A stretch of 64,000 nucleotides of DNA from positions 1 to 64,000 of the forward strand of contig JBDOQK010000019.1 of NCBI GenBank assembly GCA_040437565.1, given 5' to 3'. The DNA is from Albugo candida (lineage: Eukaryota). The notes beneath the pieces are model-generated. The model worked only from the letters and a program-made list of their open reading frames with translations, ran no database searches and was not told the origin of the DNA. Below are positions 60,041-64,000 of this stretch, in pieces (positions within the stretch are counted from its first letter, which is position 1; the number at the start of each line of letters is the position of its first letter). Made by a program: the position numbers and the translations under genes.

Positions 60041-61351
60041 ACTGACCGCTTGAGTCAATGATAAGGTATCTGAGCCTGTGTGACCAATAGAAAAGGAATT
60101 AGTCACGTTCAGGTAAGTGTATACGGTGGTGTCGTGAGGTAATGTCGTGCGTTAAGAAAAAAGTATCAAACTTTGATATACAGTACGGATTGGATAGGAC
60201 CGGGAATCATGTATTGTATATCAAAAATAGAACAGTGNNNNNNNNNNNNNNNNNNNNNNNNNNNNNNNNNNNNNNNNNNNNNNNNNNNNNNNNNNNNNNN
60301 NNNNNNNNNNNNNNNNNNNNNNNNNNNNNNNNNNNNNCATGTATTGTATATCAAAAATAGAACAGTGGGATCAATGTACAAAATTACTAACTCCAGGTAG
60401 CATGGATATATAAGAGACAGCTAAAGAGACTTAGGATTTAGATTACTGATTGATCGTGCGTGTTCACGACACTTGACATCCACGATACAGTGCATATAAT
60501 CGGTTCGAATATCGGAAATGATCGAACCATTTCGGTCTATTATAATGCAATAAAGGAGACAAGGACTACTGATTTCTTGAGAGGTTTGGTTTTAGAGGAT
60601 AGGAAATTTCTGTGCTTGGAAAGAAGTCTCGACCAGTAAAGCAATTCATTTATGGGCTGAAATGTATGGGATTTTATCTACTGCTTGTAAACTGGACTAT
60701 ACAAACAAAATGTCTACAGTGGACTCGCACTTCTAGTATCATGATACTCGTAAAACGACGCTATGCACCAAAATTGGCTTGAATGAATAGAATCATTCCC
60801 GCAGAAGGAAGTATATCGTGTGTAGTACGTGTAGCTAATTGAATTGTCTTGGTATCAGACATTACATCCATGGCTTGCTTTTTTCATCTCGTAAAACGCC
60901 AAGGGCGCTCATGCACGCAAATGGTTTGAACTCTGCGTCCTTGTTCTTGCTTTTCTTGCGCCGATTTTTCGACGTCAATAAGTGGAGACTCTGCAGCTTT
61001 TCTACCATCTCACTATCCTCTGGATGACTCAATTTTCGGATGCTAGCCGCATTCAAGTCATCAGATTCTGTCTCATTGTCGTTTGCGCATCCATACTTGT
61101 CCGTGATGTTTGGAGAGACAATCTNNNNNNNNNNNNNNNNNNNNNNNNNNNNNNNNNNNNNNNNNNNNNNNNNNNNNNNNNNNNNNNNNNNNNNNNNNNN
61201 NNNNNNNNNNNNNNNNNNNNNNNNAGTATCATGATACTCGTAAAACGACGCTATGCACCAAAATTGGCTTGAATGAATAGAATCATTCCCGCAGAAGGAA
61301 GTATATCGTGTGTAGTACGTGTAGCTAATTGAATTGTCTTGGTATCAGACA

Positions 61352-62874
61352 TTACATCCATGGCTTGCTTTTTTCATCTCGTAAAACGCCAAGGGCGCTC
61401 ATGCACGCAAATGGTTTGAACTCTGCGTCCTTGTTCTTGCTTTTCTTGCGCCGATTTTTCGACGTCAATAAGTGGAGACTCTGCAGCTTTTCTACCATCT
61501 CACTATCCTCTGGATGACTCAATTTTCGGATGCTAGCCGCATTCAAGTCATCAGATTCTGTCTCATTGTCGTTTGCGCATCCATACTTGTCCGTGATGTT
61601 TGGAGAGACAATCTTTTCTGCACTGTCATGTAACGTGCAATCAGATGTCATATCCGCTTTGGTAATCTTTTTACTGGCGTCAACTTCCTCACGTTGAAGT
61701 ACTTTACTTGAAGTGATCCGTTTCGGCGGTAAGCGCCCAAAATCTTTCTTCCAGAGATGCAAAATACGAAGATGGTGATCGACTAAAGCTTGATAATACT
61801 TTTCGGATGATTTCTGCCCTCTCGGTAAGCGACACAATATCATCGAAACCACCATGTCTAAGACGTTCAATTCTGTAGCAACTGCAGCGAAATCCTGCTT
61901 GTGTGGTAGACCCAGCGCATTCCTGCATTCTCCTTCGGTAAGAGTGGGCTCTCTCAAATACTGAGTAAGCAGATCTTTCAGTTTGTCCTCTACATCATCC
62001 GAGCATCGCATCAGTGACTCCAGCTCGGTCGCCCTACTTGACCGTGTACTATTTTTTCCTGGCTCATATTCGTGTGATATTAGGCTGCGTATCTTTTGAT
62101 TTAAAGAATCACGTAATCTGCTTAATTTATCGATGGCAATACTTTGCTCTTCTTGGGTACGCTGAAACCAAGCATATTCTCTCTGTGCAAGGGCTTCGAT
62201 TTCCGATGCGATCTGCGCTTTCCATTTCAATCCTCGTGAACATGACCGTAGAGAATCCAATAAATACTCAACACTTTGCCAGTGAGAGACACGATATAGT
62301 GTATGTAAATGGCAGTGGAGAGGGATACCGTTCACTTCGGCGGGATAATCGACTTGTAAGAAATGGTCGCCTGGGTATATCATTTCCAAGTTCCGTTTCA
62401 ATGACTTCACGGTACCATAAAAGGCATGAAAGCAGATTCCTGGTAACCAAAGTTAGCCTTTTCTACCTCTCAACCATCTCGCGCTTTCCTACCTTGGTCA
62501 AATAGCGATTCCAGCACTTCCTCGGGATGATACTTGATCACTGACTGAATCTGAAATCTTATCTCGTCTTCTTTATCTACTTGTCTTTCAGATGAGATTT
62601 CGTCCTCATCAGGTTCCTTTTGTACTTCTCTGCAAAAGCGTGTGCTATTTACCACTAGGATTGGAAAGTCATCTGGTAACATAGCCGCGCTGTCCTCTTC
62701 CCAATCATCATCAGCATTGTCGTCAATGGCCAATTCCTTTTCCAATCGCTGCTTTAGTCTTTCCGCCGAAAATGTCTCAGTGTCGAATGCTTCCCAATCC
62801 CCGATCGTATCGTCCTGCACGTCCGAGATATCGGGCGTAGTTATCGGCGCCTTCACCGCCTTCACCGCAGCCAT
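61352..62874 (-). CDS. Hypothetical protein, 2 exons (acidic N-terminus, coiled-coil middle)
   Basis: ATG at 62874 (MAAVKAVK...DWEAFD...DWEED). A GT-AG intron at about 62440-62492 joins it in frame to the 352-aa ORF. The 3' end is duplicated at 60735-61124 across a gap. Confidence 0.7.
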
Positions 62875-63134
62875 TTTATGTCTATAAGAAGCTGGGACCG
62901 AGAACGACAATGACATTCTATCATCCACATGATCTGCTAGCAGTATGACAGTTCTTTTCTTGCAACGTTTACTTGTTATATCACTATCCTTGGCGAACAA
63001 CTTCATGACGAAAGGATGGAATGAGCTATATGACTGGTTAGAATTAATTCTACGAGCAGGAATGCAATAGCCTAACGGTACAACGAAGCGTATCACATCT
63101 TTTATTCATTTATCCTTTGTAAACACACGGTCGA

Positions 63135-64000
63135 TTATTCACAAGCAAGCTTCGAATCGAAGCTACTGAGTGTAATCGCAAAAGCTTGCAACGGACACAA
63201 AGGTGCCCTGAAATCCATAGTAAAAAGATCTTTTCCGACGCGGCCAAACTGAAGCACGACAGTCTCTTGATCTTCTGGAGTGACCAGCTGGAAATTTTTG
63301 ACGGAAGCCATTGTTACTCGGCCGTTGAAATTCAATACATACGCACAAACTTGTTCATTCCATCGTGGAGCCTTATTGATCAAATACGTCAGATTTGTAT
63401 GGTCTTGCTCTTTGCATTTGTTGATCATTTCTTCTTCCTTCGATAGTGGGCGCCATACGACTCGATTGCCATCCTCACGAACCCGAGGAACACATACTTT
63501 CATCTTACGTGGCCCACGATGACCCAGTACGTTGGCTGCATACAAAGCAATACCAAGCTCTTGACGTATAACGGCTGGATTGGAGGTTATCGTATCATCA
63601 TCAGCATTCTTTGGGTTGACTCCATTATCGTAAATCACAAATTCAGTTCCCAGGAAATTGGATCGAAGCTTACCCAAGTAATTTTCAGTGCCCTTACGGG
63701 AGAAGTCTCCACGTTGCATGGAAATCAGATAATTGCTGGTGCGATTATTTGGTCGCTTTTTGGCCGTCAAAAGGAATCGATCGCCTTCTTTCATGTACAG
63801 GCAATATTCTGGGAACATTTTGCTCGCGCCTGATTTGTTACGTTCGATATAACACTCGACAATGTCGTAGGCGTTTGAAAGTGGACGCAAGAGAAAGGAT
63901 TTCATGTCTGTGATATCAACTTTGGCTTTGACTACCGCGCTACGAGACTTGGAGCTGGACGAATCATGCTTATCGCTAGCATTCTTTATTTGAACATCAT
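63135..64000 (-). CDS. Tubby-like protein (Tub domain); the 5' part lies beyond the window
   Basis: FLLTAKKR...TSNYLIS, YLGKLRSNFLGTEF, GPRKM, LNFNGRVTMASVKNFQL, LQFGRV...FTMDF and QAFAITLSSFDSKLACE*. Confidence 0.95.
   Translation of the reverse strand, partial: DVQIKNASDKHDSSSSKSRSAVVKAKVDITDMKSFLLRPLSNAYDIVECYIERNKSGASKMFPEYCLYMKEGDRFLLTAKKRPNNRTSNYLISMQRGDFSRKGTENYLGKLRSNFLGTEFVIYDNGVNPKNADDDTITSNPAVIRQELGIALYAANVLGHRGPRKMKVCVPRVREDGNRVVWRPLSKEEEMINKCKEQDHTNLTYLINKAPRWNEQVCAYVLNFNGRVTMASVKNFQLVTPEDQETVVLQFGRVGKDLFTMDFRAPLCPLQAFAITLSSFDSKLACE

Noticed and set aside
60502-60537. GGTTCGA motif with a small hairpin, tRNA T-loop-like
   Set aside because: There is no cloverleaf, acceptor stem or D-arm; no tRNA or rRNA gene was recognised anywhere in the window.

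Overview
This is eukaryotic, gene-dense DNA with short (about 50-60 nt) GT-AG introns. The gene set (GH17 glucanase, START-FYVE protein, degenerate PX-ankyrin proteins, TKL kinase, several flagellar genes) points to a zoosporic oomycete with a compact genome; Albugo-like is my inference. About 20 intact protein genes can be read: IFT25, RNase H2B, LRRC56/ODA8, ArgJ, an HSF factor, an eIF5A-C-domain orphan, a dynein light chain, two PX-like/ankyrin paralogs, TMEM65, a TKL pseudokinase, a helical-repeat/RRM protein, SPATA4-like, GH17, ALKBH7, an SDN/REX-like exonuclease-RRM, a large NPHP3/TTC41-like NTPase, a SPRY protein, DDX46/PRP5, a START-FYVE-FIST fusion, one unknown gene and a partial Tubby. 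The first 2.4 kb holds decayed gene copies (proteasome beta-6, PRP6) and a Mutator-like TIR element with a 9-bp TSD. There are twelve 100-N gaps; ten are flanked by apparently identical direct duplications (about 7.6 kb in total) that are best read as assembly artefacts. The most interesting candidates are the START-FYVE-FIST (NosP-like sensor) fusion, a lipidation-motif pseudokinase (HRD replaced by HAQ), and a protein carrying only the eIF5A C-terminal OB domain. All family calls come from motif recognition by eye; no searches were run.
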